IMG/VR virus record: IMGVR_UViG_3300042879_006196 | Location: 283,393 to 347,392 of that record | Length of the DNA: 64,000 bases | Direction: 5' to 3' (one strand) | Shown: positions 10,615 to 19,796 of the stretch, one piece after another | How the letters are laid out: each line of letters opens with the position of its first letter | How positions within the stretch are numbered: the first letter of the stretch is position 1 | Notes under the pieces: model-generated | Told to the model about the DNA's origin: nothing | What the model saw: the letters and a program-made list of their open reading frames with translations, nothing else | Database searches by the model: none | Made by a program: the position numbers and the translations under genes

Positions 10615-11258
10615 TGACTAAATTAGATTTGTTTAATAACACACATGTAATATCTTTAGCACATAGATTGGATAGAAGAAGTGTCATAGCTAAGCAATTT
10701 GAGTTATATCAAATTCCTTATTCTTTTTTTGATGCTATCAATGGACATGAATTAGATTATAATGGTCCGTTGTTAAAAGGCGAGGAGGGTGTAAGATTAT
10801 CACATATTGAGTTATTAAACAAATCAATCAAAAACAATGAAAAATCACTTTTTATTTTTGAAGATGATGTTGAGTTTTCAGAAAGCTTTAACGAAGATTT
10901 ACACAGAGCTTTAAATGTAGTTCCTGATAATTTTGATATGTTATATTTGGGGGCTTCACATCATCTAAAGCCAGAATTAGTAAAAGATAACTTATATAAA
11001 ATTTCACATTCTTACACCGCACATGCACTTTGTATAAAAAACAACCTTTTTGCACCACTCAGAGACACAATCTCAAACAATAAAAATTTACCAGTGGATG
11101 TAATTTATGCATTAGTTCAACCGCAAGTAAATGCATTTGCTATTTATCCACATCTTGCATGGCAATTCAACAGTTATTCAGACATACAAAACAAATTTGT
11201 TGATTATGAATTCCTTAAAAAAGAATTTGTTAGATTTGAAAATCAAACTATTCTTTGA
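10614..11258 (+). CDS. Glycosyltransferase family 25
   Basis: ISL..RLDRR, FDAING, SH, IFEDD, YLG. Confidence 0.8.
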   Translation: MTKLDLFNNTHVISLAHRLDRRSVIAKQFELYQIPYSFFDAINGHELDYNGPLLKGEEGVRLSHIELLNKSIKNNEKSLFIFEDDVEFSESFNEDLHRALNVVPDNFDMLYLGASHHLKPELVKDNLYKISHSYTAHALCIKNNLFAPLRDTISNNKNLPVDVIYALVQPQVNAFAIYPHLAWQFNSYSDIQNKFVDYEFLKKEFVRFENQTIL

Positions 11259-11878
11259 GCTTCCCAATTATGTTCTCTTGGCGCTAAATTCACAATATAT
11301 GTTGGAGAGTTCTGCATGAATTGGTATTGACACCCAGCATTTACGGCGTTCACAATAAATTCCCAATCATGACCATAATTTCTTGTGTGAGCTGGTAATT
11401 TTTTAACCATATCATTACTCACACATAATTCTGAATGCCCTATTTTGCTTGGGGCAAGCTCTGGAACTCTTAACTCAAGAATTCCATTACCTCTATCTAT
11501 ACTCGTGTTAAAAAGCCCAAAATCTTTTCCGCTTTTAGCAGACATCTCATAGTAAAGCTCAAAATGATTGTTGAAAATATTATCATCATTACTCAGAAAC
11601 ATAAAAAAATCACCAGTGCAATTTTTCATAGCGTAGTTAATTGCTTGACAAGAAGTGCCATCATGTGTGTCAAAGTTTTTAACAATCATTCTATCACCAA
11701 TAATTTTTTTAAAAAACGCAAAATCTTCACTTGCCACAATTTTATCAAAAACAGGGCATTTATCTCCTAAGAAAAAAAATTCATAGTCGTCTAAAGTTTG
11801 CAAACTTATAGAATTCAATAATCTAAGAGTAAGCATTTCTCTACCCCAACTTGGAAGAACTACACTTAATTTTGCCAT
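11243..11878 (-). CDS. Glycosyltransferase family 2
   Basis: LSVVLPSWGR, FLSNDD, YGHDW. Confidence 0.75.
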   Translation of the reverse strand: MAKLSVVLPSWGREMLTLRLLNSISLQTLDDYEFFFLGDKCPVFDKIVASEDFAFFKKIIGDRMIVKNFDTHDGTSCQAINYAMKNCTGDFFMFLSNDDNIFNNHFELYYEMSAKSGKDFGLFNTSIDRGNGILELRVPELAPSKIGHSELCVSNDMVKKLPAHTRNYGHDWEFIVNAVNAGCQYQFMQNSPTYIVNLAPREHNWEAQRIV

Positions 11879-11905
11879 TAAATTATTATACTGTAAAATA
11901 CATTC

Positions 11906-12841
11906 ATGATAAAACGAGAGTTCAAAAAAATTTTAGTTACAGGAGGGGCAGGATTTATTGGAAGTTATTTTGTTGATTTGTGCTTAGAAAAAAATATTTT
12001 TGTAATTAATTATGACGCATTAAAAACAGGAAGCATGCTTGAACATGGACCTCTTAAAAAACATCAAAATTATCATTTCATGCCATTTGATGTTTCAAAC
12101 CCACAATTAATTATTCCAGAAGACATTGAGGCAATTGTTCATTTTGCGGCTGAAACACATGTAGATAGAAGTGTAACAAACCCATTTTCATTTGTTCAAT
12201 CAAATGTTGTGGGGACATATAATCTTTTGGAAAAATGCAAAGACAAAAACATTTGGTTTCATTTAGTTTCTACTGATGAAGTGTATGGAGATATATGGGG
12301 AACAAAAAGGTCTACAGAAACTGATCCTATTAATTGCTCTTCTCCTTATTCTGCTACTAAGTCGGCCTCTGAGCAATTAGTTATTGCATATGGGCGCACC
12401 TATGGCTTAAAGTACACAATCACAAGAGGTTGCAACACTGTGGGTGGAAGACAGAACAACGAGAAATTAATTCCTAAATTTGTGTACAATGCTAAAAACA
12501 ATTTACCTTTGCCAGTTTATGGCAACGGAGAAGCAATTAGGCAGTACATTCATGTCACTGATCATGCAGAAGCAATTTACGCTGTTCTTACTAAAGGAAT
12601 GCTTAATAACATTTTTAATGTGGGCACAGATGCTAAGTTTTCAATTAATGAAATTGTTAATATCATAAAAGAATTTTATCCTAATTTAACTATCACAGAT
12701 AAAGAAAACAGACCTGGGCATGATCTGCGATATTGTATGAATTGTGGGCTCATTCAAGCCTGGGTAACATGGCAACCAAAAATAAAAGGCAAAGATATTA
12801 TTCTTAAATCTATTTCAGAATTGTGTAATTCTTACGTATAA
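11906..12841 (+). CDS. rmlB: dTDP-glucose 4,6-dehydratase
   Basis: TGGAGFIG, FAAETHVDRS, VSTDEVYG, YSATK, RPGHDLRY. Confidence 0.92.
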   Translation: MIKREFKKILVTGGAGFIGSYFVDLCLEKNIFVINYDALKTGSMLEHGPLKKHQNYHFMPFDVSNPQLIIPEDIEAIVHFAAETHVDRSVTNPFSFVQSNVVGTYNLLEKCKDKNIWFHLVSTDEVYGDIWGTKRSTETDPINCSSPYSATKSASEQLVIAYGRTYGLKYTITRGCNTVGGRQNNEKLIPKFVYNAKNNLPLPVYGNGEAIRQYIHVTDHAEAIYAVLTKGMLNNIFNVGTDAKFSINEIVNIIKEFYPNLTITDKENRPGHDLRYCMNCGLIQAWVTWQPKIKGKDIILKSISELCNSYV

Positions 12842-12871
12842 TAAATATATCAATGAAAAAGGAGAAAAAAG

Positions 12872-13078
12872 ATGCAGACACAATTTTCAGGCTTAAGAGT
12901 TGGCTTAATGGTCAAAAACAAAAAAACATCCAAGAATTGGATGATAACAGATCTAATTACATCTTTTTCCTCTGTGAAAAAACAAATTCCTGACGAATTT
13001 AAGGTGCGTTTATCTAATGGTTCTGGAAAAACTTTAATCGTAACTGTTGATAATTTAAATAAAAACTACACCTGGTAA
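12872..13078 (+). CDS. Hypothetical protein
   Basis: AGGAG RBS upstream, 68 aa. Confidence 0.55.
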   Translation: MQTQFSGLRVGLMVKNKKTSKNWMITDLITSFSSVKKQIPDEFKVRLSNGSGKTLIVTVDNLNKNYTW

Positions 13079-13084
13079 CCGCTT

Positions 13085-13483
13085 ATGCATTTAATAGACA
13101 AATCACATACAGAACATTTTAATTATTATGGTCCTTATCCCGCAAAACAAAAAACAAAAGATGGATATATATGGTATATGAATCGTGGGAATACTTATTT
13201 TTTAACTCATGATGGTTTAACTCGCAACATAGCTGATTTTTACTACAGAGAAGGTGGCTGGATACGTGAACCTATATCTGTCCAAGATTTAAGTGAAGCA
13301 AAATTTCCAGAAGGGTTTATATGCAAAGGCATTCCACCAGATTGTGCTAAAGGCACTCATACACAAGAATGGAATATTTTAGATTATCTTAACCATGAAT
13401 CAAGTACAGAGCTAATTGTTGATTTAATTATTACAGCACAAAAGATGATTAAAAATCAAGACAAAGAAACATCAAACATTTAA
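13085..13483 (+). CDS. Hypothetical protein
   Basis: Packed ORF. Confidence 0.55.
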   Translation: MHLIDKSHTEHFNYYGPYPAKQKTKDGYIWYMNRGNTYFLTHDGLTRNIADFYYREGGWIREPISVQDLSEAKFPEGFICKGIPPDCAKGTHTQEWNILDYLNHESSTELIVDLIITAQKMIKNQDKETSNI

Positions 13484-13557
13484 GTTTTCTCGTATAATAA
13501 TTATGTCAAAAAATTTTTCTTGTATTTGTTAAAATTTATTGATAATCGGTAAACATC

Positions 13558-14790
13558 ATGTCATTAATTGAAAAAGGAAAACTTAGAATTGAATGGGCAG
13601 CAAGAGAAATGCCTGTTCTTGAATCAATCTATCAAAAATTTCTCCAAGAACAACCTTTCACTGGGAAAAGTGTTGCTGCTTGTATGCATATCACCACTGA
13701 AACAGCAAATCTAATTAAAACTTTAGCTGCGGGAGGGGCTACAATTTATCTTTGTGCTTCCAATCCACTTTCTACACAAGATGACGTAGTTGAGGCTCTC
13801 AATTCTGAAGATAATATTCATGTATTTGCCAAACATGGTGATGACACTGAATCCTACTATTCTCATATCAAAAAAGTTTTGAGTTACAAGCCACATCTTG
13901 TTATGGATGATGGCTGCGATTTGGTCAATTATTTGTATACTCAAGAGCCACTTCTTTTAGAAAACGTAATTGGTGGAACCGAAGAAACTACTACAGGAGT
14001 TCAAAGACTCACTGCTATGGAAAAAGATGGCATTTTGAAATATCCAATTATTTGTGTTAATGATGCCCTCACAAAACATATGTTCGATAATCAGTATGGC
14101 ACAGGACAATCAACAATAGATGGTATTATACGTGCGACAAATATTCTTCTTGCTGGAAAAGTAGTGGTAGTGGCTGGGTATGGTTGGTGTGGAAAAGGTT
14201 TAGCTGCTAAAGCCAAAGGTATGGGCGCTAGAGTGGTTATTACTGAAGTGGATCCAATTAAAGCATTGCAAGCTCACATGGATGGATTTGATGTTTTAAC
14301 AATGGATGTAGCTTCTGCTTGTGGTGAAATATTCATTACTGTGACTGGTAACAAAAATGTTATTGACGTTAAACATTTCAAACAAATGAAAGATGGAGCA
14401 ATTTTATGCAATTCTGGTCATTTTGATTCTGAAATAAACATTAAAGGTTTAGAAGAATTTTCATTAAGCTTTAGACCTGTAAAAGATAATATAGAAGAAT
14501 ATACCTTAGAAGAAGGTAGAAAAATTTATGTACTTGGTGAAGGAAGGCTTGTAAATCTTGCGTGTGCAGAAGGACATCCGTCGTGCGTTATGGATATGTC
14601 TTTCGCTAACCAAGCTTTATGTGCACAATTTTTATGTGCAGATTCAAATTTGCAACCAGGCTTGTATACAGTGCCAGCGGATATTGATCAACTTGTTGCT
14701 GAACTTAAACTGCAATCCTTAGATTTGCAAATTGATGAACTTACTGAAGAGCAATTCAACTACATTAATAGCTGGCAAGAAGGCACTTAA
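13558..14790 (+). CDS. ahcY: S-adenosyl-L-homocysteine hydrolase
   Basis: HITTETANL, SNPLSTQD, EETTTG, KHMFDNQYGTGQS, GYGWCGKG, GHP..VMDMSFANQ. Confidence 0.97.
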   Translation: MSLIEKGKLRIEWAAREMPVLESIYQKFLQEQPFTGKSVAACMHITTETANLIKTLAAGGATIYLCASNPLSTQDDVVEALNSEDNIHVFAKHGDDTESYYSHIKKVLSYKPHLVMDDGCDLVNYLYTQEPLLLENVIGGTEETTTGVQRLTAMEKDGILKYPIICVNDALTKHMFDNQYGTGQSTIDGIIRATNILLAGKVVVVAGYGWCGKGLAAKAKGMGARVVITEVDPIKALQAHMDGFDVLTMDVASACGEIFITVTGNKNVIDVKHFKQMKDGAILCNSGHFDSEINIKGLEEFSLSFRPVKDNIEEYTLEEGRKIYVLGEGRLVNLACAEGHPSCVMDMSFANQALCAQFLCADSNLQPGLYTVPADIDQLVAELKLQSLDLQIDELTEEQFNYINSWQEGT

Positions 14791-14814
14791 TACAATACTA
14801 AAGAATAAAATATT

Positions 14815-15078
14815 ATGTCAGAATATCCGATTGTCACCTTACAAAATGAAGTAGAAGTACAAGCTGCTATTACCACAAACACTTTCAAGATTTTACAAGT
14901 CTTAGAAAATCCTGATGAAATGTGGGTAAATGCCTTTGTTTCTGGAGCTCCACAAAATTCATGGGTGTCTGTTTTAAATCCAGAAAATTACACTCATGAA
15001 TGGACAGATCAAACGGTAGTAGATGCTGTTACCTTATGGGCTGAAACTAATTTCCCTCCTGCTATAAAAAGATCATGA
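14815..15078 (+). CDS. Hypothetical protein
   Basis: AGG-N31-ATG upstream. Confidence 0.6.
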   Translation: MSEYPIVTLQNEVEVQAAITTNTFKILQVLENPDEMWVNAFVSGAPQNSWVSVLNPENYTHEWTDQTVVDAVTLWAETNFPPAIKRS

Positions 15079-15413
15079 CAAACCTTTACCATTTAAATAC
15101 AAAAAATTTTAGTACTCATTGTTTTGCTCATACTCCTGAGGAAGCTTTAGAGCACATTAAAGAAAATTGTAATTTTAGACCATGTTATTCATATGTAATC
15201 AAATTGGTAGAAGACGATACACTAAATGAAGATGGTGTTAGTTTTTTGAGAGAAAAGAATTTTATTGGTATACCAAAAGTAAAATTCTTTCTACTTAATG
15301 GCTCGGAAGCACATTGGTATGATCATTTTCACAATCAGAAAAAAACTCACTCTTTGTGGTGGTCTGAAAAAGTTCCTGGTTCAGAAAATCTTTGGAAGAA
15401 AGAAACCGTATAA
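15075..15413 (+). CDS. Hypothetical protein
   Basis: ATGA overlap. Confidence 0.55.
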   Translation: MTNLYHLNTKNFSTHCFAHTPEEALEHIKENCNFRPCYSYVIKLVEDDTLNEDGVSFLREKNFIGIPKVKFFLLNGSEAHWYDHFHNQKKTHSLWWSEKVPGSENLWKKETV

Positions 15414-15419
15414 TTATTC

Positions 15420-15803
15420 ATGAATGTTAAAAAAGTGAAGTGGTTTACTGAAGAATTAGTAAAATCTAATCCAGATTGTGTATTTATTTTTGGTGACAAT
15501 CTTTTAAAAGTGGGTAAAGGTGGTCAAGCTATAATACGTGACCATTTCAACGCTTATGGAATTCCAACAAAAAAGCACCCTTCAATGTCACAAAATTCAT
15601 TTTTTTATGATAGTGAGTATGATGATAATTGCCAAATTATTTTATCTGCAATAGATAATATCCCAAAGAATTTTTCACAGATTGTGTTCCCTATAGATGG
15701 ACTGGGGACTGGACTTGCAAAACTTAATGTTACAGCTCCAAAAACATATAAATTTCTGATTGATACAATAAATAATAGATTCGGAGATATATATGAATAC
15801 TGA
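15420..15803 (+). CDS. Conserved phage protein (FGDN...GGQA..R...GIPTK family)
   Basis: Motifs VFIFGDNL, GKGGQAIIR, AYGIPTKK, GLGTGLA. Confidence 0.65.
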   Translation: MNVKKVKWFTEELVKSNPDCVFIFGDNLLKVGKGGQAIIRDHFNAYGIPTKKHPSMSQNSFFYDSEYDDNCQIILSAIDNIPKNFSQIVFPIDGLGTGLAKLNVTAPKTYKFLIDTINNRFGDIYEY

Positions 15804-16245
15804 TATGCGAGATAAACTGTGGGAATCATTCCCTGATTTAATTTTTTTTGATGGTCCAGTAAACGACACATCAATTGTTGGCTTAGCAATGATAGAAGAT
15901 GATGGGTACCACATTGTCACTGTTTATGACAAAGAAATGGTTTTAAGAGACCTAGTTAATTCTAGTGCTGCCGAATCAATAGAAGAAGCAGAGTTAGATG
16001 CAATTGAATGGTTTGATTTCAATATTATTGGCGCATATGTTGGGACATTCACTCCTCTTTTCATTTGTGAAGATTTAGATGAAGATTGTGCAGCTATGAG
16101 GTTTTCTGAAAGCTATAGTGATTATTTTAGCCTTAAAGATGTAAATACTTTACTTGAATGCTATGATTTAATTAATTCAACAAATAAATTTTTATTTGTT
16201 CCTTTGAATGATGCAAATAATTTAGCTGAATTTATAAAAATATGA
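15793..16245 (+). CDS. Conserved phage hypothetical protein
   Basis: DAIEWFDFNIIGAYVGTFTP motif typical of phage ORFs. Confidence 0.6.
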   Translation: MNTDMRDKLWESFPDLIFFDGPVNDTSIVGLAMIEDDGYHIVTVYDKEMVLRDLVNSSAAESIEEAELDAIEWFDFNIIGAYVGTFTPLFICEDLDEDCAAMRFSESYSDYFSLKDVNTLLECYDLINSTNKFLFVPLNDANNLAEFIKI

Positions 16246-16592
16246 AAGAAAGGTGGATTTTATATTTTGATGGTGCATGCCCTCTGTGTATCAAATCCCA
16301 AAATTCTTTGAAAAAGTATTTACCTGAACACATCAAACTCACTGCTGTAGATTTGAATAGTCAAATAGCTAAAAATAAAGGATATGATTTAAAACAGGTT
16401 GTGCTTGAGACTACAGAAGGTGTTTTCTTTGGGTACAATGCTTGGTTAAAGATTTTAGCCCAAACAAAATTTGCGTGGGCTACTTCTTTATTTTTCAGAC
16501 CGTGTTTTATTGTGTGTTATTTTTTAATATCAAAAAACAGAAAAATAATTTCAAAGTTTTTCATTAACTTTATCAAAAATTATACTTTTTAA
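16242..16592 (+). CDS. DCC1/DUF393 thiol-disulfide oxidoreductase-like
   Basis: LYFDGACPLC (DxxCxxC). Confidence 0.8.
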   Translation: MKERWILYFDGACPLCIKSQNSLKKYLPEHIKLTAVDLNSQIAKNKGYDLKQVVLETTEGVFFGYNAWLKILAQTKFAWATSLFFRPCFIVCYFLISKNRKIISKFFINFIKNYTF

Positions 16593-19055
16593 CTCGTCAT
16601 ATTTTTTACCTTGTTCAAGTTCTGGCAAAATATCTGAAAATTCACTTGAATTAATTACATCATACATCGCTTGTTCTTCTATTCCTCTAAGTTCTTGAGG
16701 CATATCACCTTGTGTTTTTAAATTATCATCTGTAGTTGGAGTGGGCACTCTTGGAAACAAATTTTCCGTATCTTCTGAATCAATAATTGTATCTGAAACT
16801 GGCATGTCATTTGCTAAGTTTCCTATTTCATCATCAATTAATTTTGTTGCTTCTGCTGATTCACTATCAGTATTTTCATCAAGTATATCTGCAATTCTTG
16901 AAAGTCGCACGATGTTTTTTAGAATATTTGCTTTTGTGATGTTGTACATTAATGTTTTATTCTCCAATAAATCAAAAGAACCTGTTTTTAAATTTTTACT
17001 CAAGTTAAAAGAAACCACTGTGTTTTCACAAAAAGTGAGTAGTTCTAATTCTTTATCATCTTTATTTTTGATATCATTGCACCACTGAATTATTTTTTCT
17101 AAATCATTATCTGATAATCTTAGTTGCTTGATACAATTTTTTAATTCGTTAATCTTTTGAAATTTAACTTTGAATGAAGGAGTACTTTGTCTCATTTTGT
17201 TTATTTCTTCTTTGAGAGAGCTTAGTTCTTGTTCATTTTCATTCAATGAATTGAGTTTAAATCTTATGTTTTTTTCTTGTTCAATTATAATTCTTTGCAG
17301 TTCTTGATTATAAATTGCATAATTTGATTCTCCAAGTACTGTTCTAATCAAATTAAGATATTTTGATTTCATTTCCTTTGGAGATAAATCAAAATAAAAA
17401 TTTCTCAACATAGATTTTATTTGATTTTTTTGATCTTTTATTGCTGGAAATGTTTTAGAAATTTTATCAATTACACTATCGTCAATCATCCAAGGTTTAG
17501 TTATTTTAATTGATTCTTCTAATATTTTTCTAGAAATTGCTGCATCCAGTTCTTTTTCTGTCGCAAGTATGAATGAAAGTGCACTAGATTTTATTTTTAT
17601 TTCAGCATTGTTAGGATTATTGATGTTTAAAAAATTGGATAAAAATTGTTTTTGTTCATCAGTTTGATTACATGATTTATACCAAGTGATTAATCTTCCC
17701 AAAGGGGTATCACGTTGTGGCGCTCTGTTTACCGTAAAAAGGATATTCTTTTTTGTTAATTCCTTTTGAATCATTTTTATAATTTCTTCTGGATTGTCGG
17801 TTTTTGGCTCAGTAAAATGTATTATGTTACAATTAATTGTTTTTGCGAAATTATCTTCTGCATTTACTTTGACTTTGTGTTTAAAATCATATTGAGCAAC
17901 TTTAAATTCATTTTTACTTAATGATTTATATTCATCAATGTTTGGGTTTTCAGATCTTTGTTGCAAAAAAGAATCAAATTTTCTTCGATCACTTTCACTT
18001 AAGGTGTATCCGAAATATTCACCAACAAGCATTATTTCCGTTTCAATTTCAGGAATTTCATTTTGTTTTATTTCATTCAAATCGCTTTTTAACACATCGC
18101 AAACCACAATGAAGTCAATTAAAAAGTATTCATAAATTGATTCTTCTGGTGATGGAATTTTCATTTTTGAGGGAATATATCTTATATTAAAAACTTCTTT
18201 TAAAGTAGATAAAACTTTTTTTTCTTTGAGTGATGAATATGTAAATTTAAATTTTTCTGGAAATTCTTCTACAAATAATTTATTTTCTTTTAATGGTTGA
18301 ATTCTTTCTTTCAAAAGTTTCAAATCTTCACCATATAAATCACACAAATATGCATAAAATTTTTCTTCATTTCTATCTGATTTATTATAGGCTGTATTTA
18401 GTTTTTGGAGTATTTTTGTATTATCATCTACCATAGAGCGATAGATTTGTTCAGGTGCTTCTTCAGACCAAAAATCAAAACCCAAGTCATTTAATTGTCT
18501 TTTAAAAGTTTCTTTTCCAAATTCAGTGTCAATTGTTTTTATTCGAGACATGTTTGTTTCTGAACTTCTTCCCAGCATCTCATTTAATTTATTTAGAACT
18601 TCAGATTTTTCCACTGACTTCATGTCTAATTTTTTTTCAAGATCTTCTCTGTTATATTTCACTGATAATTTTGCTAAAATTTCTTCAGGTAATTGACCAT
18701 TAATCAAAAATTTGTTCCACCATTGATCAGATTTATATTTAAAAACATTTTTTGACATTGTGCCAGCTAAATCTTTAATCTCGTCATCAGTGTAATTTTC
18801 TATGCCAGGTGTTTTATTTATTTTTTCTTTGACTTTTTCTTCTATTATTTTATTTCTTTCGAATCTTAAAAAATTTTGAATTATACTTAAATCAATATTG
18901 TTAATCAAATCATAAATAAAATTTTGTGTTATTGTAACTTTGTGTTCAATTATTTCTTTAAAAATTTCTTCTGTGATTACAGTAGCCCAATATTGTTTTT
19001 GAGCTTCGGTTAATTTTGTAGCTGCAAACAAAAGTTTATTTTTTATATCTAACAC
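16551..19055 (-). CDS. Large hypothetical protein, probably a fusion with a nested C-terminal gene starting at 16949
   Basis: 834-aa ORF; AGG-N31-GTG at the start and AGG-N31-ATG internally. Confidence 0.7.
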   Translation of the reverse strand: MLDIKNKLLFAATKLTEAQKQYWATVITEEIFKEIIEHKVTITQNFIYDLINNIDLSIIQNFLRFERNKIIEEKVKEKINKTPGIENYTDDEIKDLAGTMSKNVFKYKSDQWWNKFLINGQLPEEILAKLSVKYNREDLEKKLDMKSVEKSEVLNKLNEMLGRSSETNMSRIKTIDTEFGKETFKRQLNDLGFDFWSEEAPEQIYRSMVDDNTKILQKLNTAYNKSDRNEEKFYAYLCDLYGEDLKLLKERIQPLKENKLFVEEFPEKFKFTYSSLKEKKVLSTLKEVFNIRYIPSKMKIPSPEESIYEYFLIDFIVVCDVLKSDLNEIKQNEIPEIETEIMLVGEYFGYTLSESDRRKFDSFLQQRSENPNIDEYKSLSKNEFKVAQYDFKHKVKVNAEDNFAKTINCNIIHFTEPKTDNPEEIIKMIQKELTKKNILFTVNRAPQRDTPLGRLITWYKSCNQTDEQKQFLSNFLNINNPNNAEIKIKSSALSFILATEKELDAAISRKILEESIKITKPWMIDDSVIDKISKTFPAIKDQKNQIKSMLRNFYFDLSPKEMKSKYLNLIRTVLGESNYAIYNQELQRIIIEQEKNIRFKLNSLNENEQELSSLKEEINKMRQSTPSFKVKFQKINELKNCIKQLRLSDNDLEKIIQWCNDIKNKDDKELELLTFCENTVVSFNLSKNLKTGSFDLLENKTLMYNITKANILKNIVRLSRIADILDENTDSESAEATKLIDDEIGNLANDMPVSDTIIDSEDTENLFPRVPTPTTDDNLKTQGDMPQELRGIEEQAMYDVINSSEFSDILPELEQGKKYDELKSIIFDKVNEKL

Positions 19056-19104
19056 AATCTTATTTTAAAAGAAATTTAATCAAAAACCTACCGTATATAT
19101 AATA

Positions 19105-19779
19105 ATGATTATAAGCTGTTCGTACAAAAAAAGAGTGGGCAAAGATACATTTTGCCGAATTGTTAAAGAACTTTATCCTGATAAGAAGGTGGAAAGAGTA
19201 GCTTTCGCTGATGAGCTCAAAAAAGAATTAGACACAATCTTACTTATACCTAATGGCTTATCAAGAAATATGTTTGAGGATGACAATGTAAAAGAAATTG
19301 CCAGACCTTTACTACAAGGATGGGGCACAATTCGTAGAGAGTTTTGTGATAAGAATTATTGGGTAAAACTGGCTTTTTGGAGAATGCAAGACCCAGACAC
19401 AATCTACATTATCACTGACGCAAGATATTTAAATGAAATCGAATTTATCAACTCTCAAGGTGGGCACACTGTTCATATTAAAAGGGATTTACACGGATAT
19501 AAGGCGTGGCTCAAAAGTCTTTCACATACTAAGTATTCTTGGGCTTCACACATTCTGCTCAGACCGTTTTTGATTGTGTTTTATCAGATTGTGTCTAGAA
19601 ATAAAAAGTTTTTGAGCAAATCTGCAGACCCATCATCTTCTCATTCTTCAGAAACTGAATTAGACAATTATCATCATTTGTTTAAATACACAATCGAGAA
19701 TAATGGAACAGAAGCTGAGTTCAAAGAAAAAATTAAAATAGTTGTAGAAGATATATTTAAGCAGGAAAAAAAAATTTAA
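19105..19779 (+). CDS. Deoxynucleoside monophosphate kinase with a 42-aa DCC1-derived insertion
   Basis: KKRVGKDT P-loop, FADELK, RPLLQGWGT..R, YWV, ITDARYLNE, HSSE, IENNGT. Confidence 0.8.
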   Translation: MIISCSYKKRVGKDTFCRIVKELYPDKKVERVAFADELKKELDTILLIPNGLSRNMFEDDNVKEIARPLLQGWGTIRREFCDKNYWVKLAFWRMQDPDTIYIITDARYLNEIEFINSQGGHTVHIKRDLHGYKAWLKSLSHTKYSWASHILLRPFLIVFYQIVSRNKKFLSKSADPSSSHSSETELDNYHHLFKYTIENNGTEAEFKEKIKIVVEDIFKQEKKI

Positions 19780-19796
19780 ATACCTAAAAACAGATT

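Noticed and set aside
13484-13557. SAH riboswitch upstream of ahcY
   Set aside because: AT-rich, no recognisable paired elements; only a 9-codon ORF.
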